Below the pieces are notes generated by a model that was given only the letters and a program-made list of their open reading frames with translations, was not told where the DNA came from and searched no databases. A program made the position numbers and the translations under genes. Shown piece by piece: positions 1 through 12,529 of a DNA stretch of 64,000 nt (within the stretch, counting starts at the first letter, position 1; each line of letters starts with the position of its first letter). Source of the DNA: Eledone cirrhosa (lineage: Eukaryota); NCBI GenBank assembly GCA_964016885.1, contig OZ024742.1, positions 139,314,001 to 139,378,000 on the forward strand. The letters run 5' to 3'.

Positions 1-783
1 TACACACAAAGGCATTATTTTGATATGCACTCTTTTTTCCTGCTATTAATTTTGTCTCTCACTCTTTTAAGTTGTGAAATAGACTGGTTAGCTACGCACG
101 CGGCTGACACATTTCAGCTCGCTACTATATTGCTATATAATGGATGATCGCATTTAAAGTCCGTTAAAGGTTCTTGGCACTACCATTGTTACCATCGCTT
201 TCCTCTAGCCTTGGAGACATGAACCGAATGCTACCATTCTATTTTATATCAATGTGAACTGCTATTTCTAAAGACCATCTTCTCACCCCTTGATAATTTG
301 TGTGTGCGACACGTTGGCTGGGTTCTTCTGACAGGAAAGAAAAGATTGATTCTGTTTAGCTTCCTGTCCCCACGTAAAATGTGTAAATCAGTGGCTAGTT
401 GAGAGATAGAGTCCTATCGGTTGCCAGTTGCTAATAGCTTTACCGCGTCAGTCGTCACAAACAGTCATGGCCGGCATAGACTGGTCTTAGGATTCTGACG
501 ATCTATTGGTTATTGATTAGGCGATACCCGCTGATCAAGCTGCATAAGCCGATTGTGCATTGTTGCATAATATATGCAGACAGATGGTGCAGTGCACCTT
601 ACTGCTGCCGTAGTGCGGCAGAAACTCGAGTCCGGGGAACTTATAGGCACATGTTTTAAGTGCGTTGTGTTGAAGCAAATAACTTTGTGTATACTCTGGG
701 AATGTATCTTACATTGCCCATGGAGTGCGCTGAGATACAACCGGTGCTGGCATTGATAAATATGCTGGGTCCGTCAACCCTTG

Positions 784-849
<66 letters not shown>

Positions 850-1071
850 TAAAATAACAGATTAAAGTTTAAGCAAAGAATCGCTGGTTTCACCCTTAAC
901 GGGATCTTCTGAAACTTAAGGGTGAAAGCAGCGATTCTTTGCTTAAACTTTAATCTGTTATTTTAATAAATATTTGCTCTACGGTTCTTATATATTTGAT
1001 ATATATTTATCCTTATCGAGCCCTCTTTGGATTTTAGTCTTCAAGTTTATTATTATTACTATATATATATA

Positions 1072-1117
<46 letters not shown>

Positions 1118-1256
1118 AATACTTTGGGAGGGTCATGTTGCCAATAAGAAACACACGCACGTGCGTGTGTTTCTTATTGGCAACATGACCCTCCCAAAAT
1201 ATTACAATATCGGTTTCAACACACGTTTTCAGAATCTTGCTAAACAAATTCAGAAA

Positions 1257-1410
<154 letters not shown>

Positions 1411-1414
1411 CTAC

Positions 1415-1447
<33 letters not shown>

Positions 1448-1467
1448 TGTATGTATATATAAACACA

Positions 1468-1542
<75 letters not shown>

Positions 1543-2745
1543 GTAATTCGTCGACGACTAAAGCTGCAACCCCACCAAGTTTACTTGGTGAGGAGGGTGA
1601 TTTTGGATACCCTGCAGGACAAAAAACAAAACCTAGCAAAGGGCGGAAGAACTCTTAAGAGTCAACAGCCATCCAAAAATCTGTAAATATGTCTATACAT
1701 ATATATGTATATGTCAATCTGTATATGCATGTGTGCATGTATATGTATATGTGTGGGGACATAGAAATTGTCGGGCTGGATACGATATCGCGCGGTTAAA
1801 CCCCTGGGAGTGAAGGACCACTAGTCTTTGTCACGGCATTCTTCTACGAAAAGGCAACTCAGGAAACTGGGACAACTCCGACATAAAACCTGCAGCTCAG
1901 TAGTTGCCGATGATGTTGATCTTTTCTTCTTTTCGGGTTATAGCTACTGTCGCTCAGAGAATGCGATTGGCTCAGTGCACAGTATTTCCTCACTTTAAAA
2001 AACATCTTCACGCACACGCATTACAAAATGGTATTAATTAATAATTATTAATAATGTTATATCGTGCAATGGCCATACTTGATAACAAGGGGGCAGCCAT
2101 CATGTATGTATATGATATTAAATAACAGTAAGTATAAGTAGAATTTTAAAACGTATACTTTACACACTATATATATATTTCTCAGTTTTCTAAAATGTCG
2201 CACAATAGTAAGTCTGTCGAGTGAGTAAAGTAGTCATTGTTGATTTCTAATCACGTTCTGGAGACTAAAATATATATAATGACTTAGGGAGATAATTTTC
2301 TTGAGTAGGTAAGGCGTTATAACGAAATATAAGGCCATATAATGTACCTTCGAATATATTCATTCATTAATATCGTTTATAAAACAGAAAAGAATTGCCT
2401 AATTAAATGTTGTATATTATATATGCTGTAAATTGATATATCATTTAATAATAAGACTGACGATATTAGTTCTTAAACTATATACAAGGACGATGGGCAT
2501 GTCAGATAATTTCCAGCCAATAAATGTGCTTAACACACAGTTCAATATTATGACATGATTACTAGCAACGATCTTGGCGTTAGATGTCGAGATTCTGTTA
2601 GAGGAGGCGGAGACTCCACCTCATGCGATACATAATGTTAAGAATTATCGTAACTCTCAATAATGTATATTGAACTGGTATTATAGAAAATAAACAAAAT
2701 AATTTTTAATCATTATCATAATAAGATATATCTCTGTATTTACAG

Positions 2746-2769
2746 CTGCTGTTCCCTCTAAAAGTACAG
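2746..2769 (+). CDS. Micro-exon A1 (24 nt, phase 1-1): xAVPSKST
   Basis: tctctgtatttacag|CTGCTGTTCCCTCTAAAAGTACAG|gtaagt, with a canonical acceptor and consensus donor. Confidence 0.8.
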
Positions 2770-2904
2770 GTAAGTAATCATTATATAACAATACACATAT
2801 TTTGTCCATATGAATTATTTTACAAGGATAGCAAGCAAATTTATATTTATTGGTCGATTACAATCTTTGAAAAATCAAATAAGGATTGCTTTATAAAATG
2901 TATA

Positions 2905-3600
2905 ATGAAGCTAATGATAACAGAAGCTGAAATACTTGAAGCCCTCAGCGGCTGTACGATGAACATATCACCTGGCTACGGTGGTCTCCTCTATGCGGTT
3001 TACATAGACATGATAGATATGTTTTGCAATGATTATGATAGTCTTCTCTATGAGTTTAACGTAGACATGCTAGACTTGTTCTTGACACTCCTTCAACCTG
3101 CATGCATCACAAAGCATTAATACAGGGAAATTCTCTGTTCTGTAATTCGGGGCGTAGTAAAGGTGATATATATTAATAAATGATCTAAAAGATATTATTT
3201 AATTTTTCATTATCACCGTAATGATATATATTTATCTGTATTTACAGCGACTACTTCTACTAAACATAAGTACTCATGATATAATAATATTTATTTTTGT
3301 CCATAAAGATAAATTATGTTTGTTACAAGCATAGCAGGTAAATTTACAGTCATTGATTTGTTACTACCTTTGATAAATCAGAAAAGAATTGTTTTATGAA
3401 ATGTTTAATGAAACTTACTATAACAGAAGCTGAAATATTTGCACACCTGGCCGGTTGATCAAGTGGCAAATCACCCGGTTACGATGGCCTCCTTTATGGG
3501 GTTTACATAGACAAGCTAAACTTATTCTCCGATGGTTATGATGGTCTCCTCTATGAGGTTTACACAGACATGCTTGATTTGTTCTGGGCATAATCCAGAG
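2905..3600 (+). pseudogene. Two degenerate Tx1-type LINE RT fragments, one downstream of each A and B micro-exon (repeated in the other units)
   Basis: EAEILEALSGCTMNISPGYGGLLY and ITEAEIFAHLAG*SSGKSPGYDGLLY align with ATEIGDALSQCGKRKSPGLDGLPY of the intact ORF2 at 26632. Confidence 0.75.
3248..3265 (+). pseudogene. Dead micro-exon B (18 nt, xTTSTK; donor GT>AT); identical copies at 8142-8159 and 13010-13027
   Basis: tatttacag|CGACTACTTCTACTAAAC|ataagtactcatgatataataat aligns to the intact C-type donor gtaagtaatcatgacataataat. Confidence 0.6.
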
Positions 3601-4550
3601 AAGTCAGTGTGTTTCCAGCTCACTGCTTGAGTGTCAAATCCATGCAGTTCAACTGCTTTGACAAACACTGGACGGACGGGACAATGACATTTGTTTGGGT
3701 CGTCTGGTTTTGTCTACACCTCCAGGTGGTTAAGGACTGGGATGAGGTAGCATGGATATACACATACATACACACAAAGGCATTGTTTTGATATGCACTC
3801 TTTTTTCCTGCTATTAATTTTGTCTCTCACTCTTTTAAGTTGTGAAATAGACTGGTTAGCTACGCACGCAGCTGACACATTTCAGCTCGCTACTGTATTG
3901 CTATATAATGGTTGATCGCATTTAAAGTCCGTTAAAGGTTCTTGGCACTACCATTGTTACCATCGCTTTCCTCTAGCCTTGGAGACATGAACCGAATGCT
4001 ACCATTCTATTTTATATCAATGTGAACTGCTATTTCTAATGGCCATCTTCTGATCCTTTGATAATTTATGTGTGCGACACGTTGGCTGAGTGCTTCTGAC
4101 AGGAAAGAAAAGATTGATTCTGTTTAGCTTCCTGTCCCCACGTAAAATTTGTAAATCAGTGGCTAGTTGAGAGATAGAGTTCTATCGGTTGCCAGTTGCT
4201 AATAGCTTTACCGTGTCAGACGTCACAAACAGTCATGGCCGGCATAGACTGGTCTTAGGATTCTGTCGATCGATTGGTTATTGATTAGGCGATACCCGCT
4301 GATCAAGCTGCATAAGCCGATTGTGCATTGTTGCATAATATATGCAGACAGATGGTGCAGTGCACCTTATTGGTGCCTTTGTGCGGTAGAAACTCGAGTC
4401 CGGGAACCTTATAGGCACCCGTTTTAAGTGCGTTGTGTTGAAGCAAATAATTTGTGTATACTCTGGGAATGTATCTTACATTGCCCATGGAGTGCGCTGA
4501 GATACAACCGGTACTGGCATTGATAAATATGGTGGGTCCGTCAACCCTTG

Positions 4551-4590
<40 letters not shown>

Positions 4591-4811
4591 TAAATAACAG
4601 ATTAAAGTTTAAGCAAAGAATCGCTGCTTTCACCCTTAACGGGATCTTCTGAAATTTAAGGGTGAAAGCAGCGATTCTTTGCTTAAACTTTAATCTGTTA
4701 TTTTAATAAATATTTGCTCTACGGTTCTTATATATTTGATATATATTTATCCTTATCGAGCCCTCTTTGGATTTTAGTCTTCAAGTTTATTATTATTACT
4801 ATATATATATA

Positions 4812-4903
<92 letters not shown>

Positions 4904-5042
4904 AATACTTTGGGAGGGTCATGTTGCCAATAAGAAACACACGCACGTGCGTGTGTTTCTTATTGGCAACATGACCCTCTCAAAATATTACAATATCGGT
5001 TTCAACACACGTTTTCAGAATCTTGCTAAACAAACTCAGAAA

Positions 5043-5135
<93 letters not shown>

Positions 5136-5167
5136 TATATAGATATATATATACATATATATATATA

Positions 5168-5996
5168 GATAATTTAATATATCAACTAACATAAGCGCAC
5201 AGATGCACGTCCATGCCAGTAAATACACAGGTTATGTCATAGTACCTAGGTGGTTCAATGCAGGAGGATGCAGAACAATAATATAAAAGACGTAAAATAA
5301 GAAAATATTTTTTAAAAAGTTTTTTTTTAATTTTTTACTTACTTACTTAAATTTTCACTCCAACTAATTAGTTTCTGCAATGGGATAAAGACAGTTACGT
5401 AATCCAACTGTCGAGAATTCATTGCGTCATCAGGGAGTCTATTCTCAGCTGAGTCTCCAGGCAATGCGCGGACACTGGCGGCTCATATAAAAATAATAAT
5501 AATTCGGTAGATAGAACAGCTGGCGAGGACTGGATTCTATGTACTGAAATTCTCACTGCTTCTAGTCAAATGGCCGATTCTAAAGAATCAATCACGTGAC
5601 ACAGAGGCTAGTTAGAAGGAATGGGATGGTAAGATGACTGACGCCTACTAACACCCCAAAAAATTTAGAAGTGGTTTTGGCAGGTTTGCTCGACAAATCA
5701 GTGATTTGGAGATAAATATAGATAATTTAATATATCAACTAACATAAGCGCACAGATGCACGTCCATGCCAGTAAATACACAGGTTATGTCATAGTACCT
5801 AGGTGGTTCAATGCAGGAGGATGCAGAACAATAATATAAAAGACGTAAAATAAGAAAATATTTTTAAAAAAATTTTTAACAAATTTTTTACTTACTTACT
5901 TAAATTTTCACTCCAACTAATTAGTTTCTGCAATGGGATAAAGACAGTTACGTAATCCAACTGTCGAGAAAAATATTTTCTTATTTTACGTCTTTT

Positions 5997-5998
<2 letters not shown>
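5168..5998 (-). mobile_element. Non-autonomous Penelope-like/retrozyme-like element: ~250-bp direct repeats at ~548-bp period plus a short inverted tail; copies at ~10034-10865 and ~14962-15790
   Basis: 5168-5416 is repeated at 5716-5968. 5969-5998 is an inverted copy of part of the repeat. The element contains a hammerhead and is flanked by (TA)n. Confidence 0.7.
5357..5438 (-). ncRNA. Type I hammerhead ribozyme with extended stem II
   Basis: Minus strand: actcc CTGATGA c-gcaatg..gacagtt..aactgtc..cattgc-a GAAAC taatta GTT ggagt. Stem I is actcc/ggagt and stem III is the palindrome ACTAATTAGT. Confidence 0.8.
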
Positions 5999-6042
<44 letters not shown>

Positions 6043-7059
6043 ATGTATGTATGTAATTCGTCGACGACTAAAGTGAGGAGGGTGATTTTGGATACCCTGC
6101 AGGACAAAAAACAAAACCTAGCAAAGGGCGGAAGAACCCTTAAGAGTCAACAGCCATCCAAAAATCTGTAAATATGTCTATACATATATATGTATATGTA
6201 AATCTGTATATGCATGTGTGCATGTATATGTATATGTGTGGGGACATAGAAATTGTCGGGCTGGATACGATATCGCGCGGTTAAACCCCTGGGAGTGAAG
6301 GACCACTAGTCTTTGTCACGGCATTCTTCTACAAAAAGGCAACTCAGGAAACTGGGATAACTCCGACATAAAACCTGCGGCTCAGTAGTTGCCGATGATG
6401 TTGATCTTTTCTTCTTTTCGGGTTATAGCTACTGTCGCTCAGAGAATGGGATTGGCTCAGTGCACAGTATTTCCTCACTTTAAAAAACATCTTCACGCAC
6501 ACGCATTACACAATGGTATTAATTAATAATTATTAATAATGTTATATCGTGCAATGGCCATACTCGATAACAAGGGGGCAGCCATCATGTATGTATATGA
6601 TATTAAATAACAGTAAGTATAAGTAGAATTTTTAGACGTATACTTTACACACTATATATATATTGCTCAGTTTTCTAAAATGTCGCACAATAGTAAGTCT
6701 GTCGAGTGAGTAAAGTAGTCATTGTTGACTTTTAATCACGTTCTGGAGACTAAAATATATATAATGACTTAGGGAGATAATTTTCTTGAGTAGGTAAGGC
6801 GTTATAACGAAATATAAGGCCATATAATGTACCTTCGAATATATTCATTCATTAATATCGTTTATAAAACAGAAAAGAATTGCTTAATTAAATGTTGTAT
6901 ATATATATGCGGTAAATTGATATATCATTTAATAATAAGACTGACGATATTAGTTCTAAAATTATATTAATTACATCATCTGTATTAGATAGCAAATGTA
7001 TAGAAGCTAGGACTTCCATAAACTATACATGTTTCTGAAATATATTATTGATAAATGAA

Positions 7060-7252
7060 AGCGGTGGATTGGCAGTATCGGTAGGGGGTCGGAAGCCATG
7101 CTTTGAAGCATAGAGTTACGGCCCTTGCCGTTCTGAGTTCACACCCCCACCTAGGTTAACTTTGCCTTTCAACCTTACGGGCTCGATAAAATAAAGTACC
7201 AGTAATGTACAGGATAATTGCTGGCCTTGTGCCAAAAGTAGAAACAATTATT
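7060..7252 (+). mobile_element. tRNA-derived SINE (MetaSINE-like core); copy at ~11920-12115
   Basis: Has an A/B-box-like head, the core gcctttcaaccttacgggctcgataaaataaagtaccagt, and a TSD ataaatgaaagc. Confidence 0.8.
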
Positions 7253-7326
7253 TATAAATGAAAGCAATGCTATTTCTGATACAATATCAGTCGATCTGTC
7301 TTATTTGAATTTCTTTAGTACATAAT

Positions 7327-7512
7327 TTTTTCTACTTTTGGCACAAGGCCAGCAATTATCCAGTGCAAAACTGGTACTTTATTTTATCGACCCCCTAAGG
7401 AGGAAAGGCAAAGTTAACCCCGGCGGGATGTGAACTCTGAATGGCAAGGGCCGTAAATCTATTCGTCAAAGTATGGCGTCAAACCCTCTACGGATACTGC
7501 CAATCCACCGCC
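7327..7512 (-). mobile_element. Same SINE family, inverted; copies at ~12190-12377 and ~17305-17493
   Basis: Reverse complement of the SINE, with an 18-bp TSD atttctttagtacataat. An empty site is present near 23915. Confidence 0.85.
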
Positions 7513-7639
7513 ATTTCTTTAGTACATAATGTTAAGAATGATCGTAACTTTCAATAATATATATTGAACTGGTATTATAAAAAGTAAACAAAATAATTTT
7601 TAATCATTACAATAATAAGATATATCTCTGTATTTACAG

Positions 7640-7663
7640 CTGCTCCTGTCGCTGAAATTACAG
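7640..7663 (+). CDS. Micro-exon A2 (24 nt): xAPVAEIT
   Basis: tatttacag|CTGCTCCTGTCGCTGAAATTACAG|gtaagt. Confidence 0.8.
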
Positions 7664-9445
7664 GTAAGTAATCATTATATAACAATACACATATTTTGTC
7701 CATATCAATTATTTTACAAGGATAGCAAGCAAATTTATATTTATTGGTCGATTACAATCTTTGAAAAATCAAATAAGGATCGCTTTATAAAATGTACAAT
7801 GAAGCTAATGATAACAGAAGCTGAAATACTTGAAGCCCTCAGCGGCTGTACGATGAACATATCACCCGGCTACGGTGGTCTCCTCTATGCGGTTTACATA
7901 GACATGTTAGATATGTTCTGCAATGATTATGATAGTCTTCTCTATGAGTTTAACATAGACATGCTAGACTTGTTCTTGACACTCCTTCAATCTGCCTGCA
8001 GCACAAAGCATTAATACCGGGAAATTATCTGTTCTGTAATTCGGGGCGTAGTAAAGGTGATATATATTAATAAATGATCTAAAAGATATTATTTAATTTT
8101 TCATTATCACCGTAATGATATATATTTATCTGTATTTACAGCGACTACTTCTACTAAACATAAGTACTCATGATATAATAATATCTATTTTTGTCCATAA
8201 AGATAAATTATGTTTGTTACAAGCATAGCAGGTAAATTTACAGTCATTGATTTGTTACTACCTTTGATAAATCAGAAAAGAATTGTTTTATGAAATGTTT
8301 AATGAAACTTGCTATAACAGAAGCTGAAATATTTGCACACCTGGCCAGTTGATCAAGTGGCAAATCACCCGGTTACGATGGCCTCCTTTCTGAGGTTTAC
8401 ATAGACAAGATAAACTTATTCTCCGATGGTTATGATGGTCTCCTCTATGAGGTTTAAACAGACATGCTTGATTTGTTCTGGGCATAATCCAGAGAAGTCA
8501 GTATGTCTCCAGCTCACTGCTTGAGTGTCAAATCCATGCAGTTCAACTGCTTTGACAAACACTGGACGGACGGGACAATGACATTTGTTTGGGTCGTCTG
8601 GTTTTGTCTACACCTCCAGGTGGTTAAGGACTTGGATGAGGTAGCATGGACATATACATACATACACACAAAGGCATTGTTTTGATATGCACTCTTTTTT
8701 CCTGCTATTAATTTTGTCTCTCACTCTTTTAAGTTGTGAAATAGACTGGTTAGCTACGCACGCAGCTGACACATTTCAGCTCGCTACTGTATTGCTATAT
8801 ATTGGTTGATCGCATTTAAAGTCCGTTAAAGGTTCTTGGCACTACCATTGTTACCATCGCTTTCCTCTAGCCTTGGAGACATGAACCGAATGCTACCATT
8901 CTATTTTATATCAATGTGAACTGCTATTTCTAATGGCCATCTTCTGATCCTTTGATAATTTATGTGTGCGACACGTTGGCTGAGTGCTTCTGACAGCAAA
9001 GAAAAGATTGATTCTGTTTAGCTTCCTGTCCCCACGTAAAATTTGTAAATCAGTGGCTAGTTGAGAGATAGAGTTCTATCGGTTGCCAGTTGCTAATAGC
9101 TTTACCGTGTCAGACGTCACAAACAGTCATGGCCGGCATAGACTGGTCTTAGGATTCTGTCGATCGATTGGTTATTGATTAGGCGATACCCGCTGATCAA
9201 GCTGCATAAGCCGATTGTGCATTGTTGCATAATATATGCAGACAGATGGTGCAGTGCACCTTATTGGTGCCTTAGTGCGGTAGAAACTCGAGTCCGGGAA
9301 CCTTATAGGCACCCGTTTTAAGTGCGTTGTGTTGAAGCAAATAATTTGTGTATACTCTGGGAATGTATCTTACATTGCCCATGGAGTGCGCTGAGATACA
9401 ACCGGTACTGGCATTGATAAATATGGTGGGTCCGTCAACCCTTGT

Positions 9446-9482
<37 letters not shown>

Positions 9483-9705
9483 TTTAAATAACAGATTAAA
9501 GTTTAAGCAAAGAATCGCTGCTTTCACCCTTAACGGGATCTTCTGAAATTTAAGGGTGAAAGCAGCGATTCTTTGCTTAAACTTTAATCTGTTATTTTAA
9601 TAAATATTTGCTCTACGGTTCTTATATATTTGATATATATTTATCCTTATCGAGCCCTCTTTGGATTTTAGTCTTCAAGTTTATTATTATTACTATATAT
9701 ATATA

Positions 9706-9787
<82 letters not shown>

Positions 9788-9926
9788 AATACTTTGGGAG
9801 GGTCATGTTGCCAATAAGAAACACACGCACGTGCGTGTGTTTCTTATTGGCAACATGACCCTCTCAAAATATTACAATATCGGTTTCAACACACGTTTTC
9901 AGAATCTTGCTAAACAAACTCAGAAA

Positions 9927-10003
<77 letters not shown>

Positions 10004-10224
10004 TATATAGATATATATATACATATATATATATAGATAATTTAATATATCAACTAACATAAGCGCACAGATGCACGTCCATGCCAGTAAATACACAGGT
10101 TATGTCATAGTACCTAGGTGGTTCAATGCAGGAGGATGCAGAACAATAATATAAAAGACGTAAAATAAGAAAATATTTTTTTAAAAGTTTTTTTTTAATT
10201 TTTTACTTACTTACTTAAATTTTC

Positions 10225-10306
10225 ACTCCAACTAATTAGTTTCTGCAATGGGATAAAGACAGTTACGTAATCCAACTGTCGAGAATTCATTGCGTCATCA
10301 GGGAGT
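10225..10306 (-). ncRNA. Type I hammerhead ribozyme (copy 2)
   Basis: Same sequence and structure as 5357-5438. Confidence 0.8.
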
Positions 10307-10864
10307 CTATTCTCAGCTGAGTCTCCAGGCAATGCGCGGACACTGGCGGCTCATATAAAAATAATAATAATTCGGTAGATAGAACAGCTGGCGAGGACTG
10401 GATTCTATGTACTGAAATTCTCACTGCTTCTAGTCAAATGGCCGATTCTAAAGAATCAATCACGTGACACAGAGGCTAGTTAGAAGGAATGGGATGGTAA
10501 GATGACTGACGCCTACTAACACCCCAAAAAATTTAGAAGTGGTTCTGGCAGGTTTGCTCGACAAATCAGTGATTTGGAGATAAATATAGATAATTTAATA
10601 TATCAACTAACATAAGCGCACAGATGCACGTCCATGCCAGTAAATACACAGGTTATGTCATAGTACCTAGGTGGTTCAATGCAGGAGGATGCAGAACAAT
10701 AATATAAAAGACGTAAAATAAGAAAATATTTTTTAAAAAATTTTTAAAAAATTTTTTACTTACTTACTTAAATTTTCACTCCAACTAATTAGTTTCTGCA
10801 ATGGGATAAAGACAGTTACGTAATCCAACTGTCGAGAAAAATATTTTCTTATTTTACGTCTTTT

Positions 10865-10904
<40 letters not shown>

Positions 10905-12505
10905 ATGTATGTATGTAATTCGTCGACGACTAAAGTGAGGAGGGTGATTTTGGATACCCTGCAGGACAAAAAACAAAACCTAGCAAAGGGCGGAAGAACC
11001 CTTAAGAGTCAACAGCCATCCAAAAATCTGTAAATATGTCTATACATATATATGTATATGTAAATCTGTATATGCATGTGTGCATGTATATGTATATGTG
11101 TGGGGACATAGAAATTGTCGGGCTGGATACGATATCGCGCGGTTAAACCCCTGGGAGTGAAGGACCACTAGTCTTTGTCACGGCATTCTTCTACAAAAAG
11201 GCAACTCAGGAAACTGGGATAACTCCGACATAAAACCTGCGGCTCAGTAGTTGCCGATGATGTTGATCTTTTCTTCTTTTCGGGTTATAGCTACTGTCGC
11301 TCAGAGAATGGGATTGGCTCAGTGCACAGTATTTCCTCACTTTAAAAAACATCTTCACGCACACGCATTACACAATGGTATTAATTAATAATTATTAATA
11401 ATGTTATATCGTGCAATGGCCATACTCGATAACAAGGGGGCAGCCATCATGTATGTATATGATATTAAATAACAGTAAGTATAAGTAGAATTTTAAAACG
11501 TATACTTTACACACTATATATATATTGCTCAGTTTTCTAAAATGTCGCACAATAGTAAGTCTGTCGAGTGAGTAAAGTAGTCATTGTTGATTTCTAATCA
11601 CGTTCTGGAGACTAAAATATATATAATGACTTAGGGAGGTATTTTTCTTGAATAGGTAAGGCGTTATAACGAAATATAAGGCCATATAATGTACCTTCGA
11701 ATATATTCATTCATTAATATCGTTTATAAAACAGAAAAGAATTGCTTAATTAAATGTTGTATATATATATATGCGGTAAATTGATATATCATTTAATAAT
11801 AAGACTGACGATATTAGTTCTAAAATTATATTAATTACATCATCTGTATTAGATAGCAAATGTATAGAAGCTAGGACTTCCATAAACTATACATGTTTCT
11901 GAAATATATTATTGATAAATGAAAGCGGTGGATTGGCAGTATCGGTAGGGGGTCGGAAGCCATGCTTTGAAGCATAGAGTTACGGCCCTTGCCGTTCTGA
12001 GTTCACACCCCCACCTAGGTTAACTTTGCCTTTCAACCTTACGGGCTCGATAAAATAAAGTACCAGTAATGTACAGGATAATTGCTGGCCTTGTGCCAAA
12101 AGTAGAAACAATTATTTATAAATGAAAGCAATGCTATTTCTGATACAATATCAGTCGATCTGTCTTATTTGAATTTCTTTAGTACATAATTTTTTCTACT
12201 TTTGGCACAAGGCCAGCAATTATCCAGTGCAAAACTGGTACTTTATTTTATCGACCCCCTAAGGAGGAAAGGCAAAGTTAACCCCGGCGGGATGTGAACT
12301 CTGAATGGCAAGGGCCGTAAATCTATTCGTCAAAGTATGGCGTCAAACCCTCTACGGATACTGCCAATCCACCGCCATTTCTTTAGTACTTAATGTTAAG
12401 AATTATCGTAACTTTCAATAATATATATATTGAACTGGTATTATAAAAAGTAAACAAAATAATTTTTAATCATTACAATAATAAGATATATCTCTGTATT
12501 TACAG

Positions 12506-12529
12506 CTGCTCCTGTCGCTGAAATTACAG
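12506..12529 (+). CDS. Micro-exon A3 (24 nt, identical to A2)
   Basis: tatttacag|CTGCTCCTGTCGCTGAAATTACAG|gtaagt. Confidence 0.8.

Noticed and set aside
360-373. Possible 14-nt exon ttag|CTTCCTGTCCCCAC|gtaaaa
   Set aside because: It is not a multiple of 3, has a weak donor, and shows no homology to the 24-nt cassette.
875-915. Hammerhead-like CAGAAGA..GAAA on the minus strand of the palindrome
   Set aside because: The core is mutated and no convincing stem III or NUH site could be built, so it is kept only as a palindrome.
2905-3120. Repeated 71-aa ORF MKLMITEAEIL... as a host gene
   Set aside because: It is a decayed Tx1 RT fragment, and it recurs only because of the tandem duplication.
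3266-3275. B exon donor ATAAGT as a U12 AT-AC intron
   Set aside because: It lacks the ATATCCTT U12 consensus. A GT>AT mutation of gtaagt is the simpler explanation.
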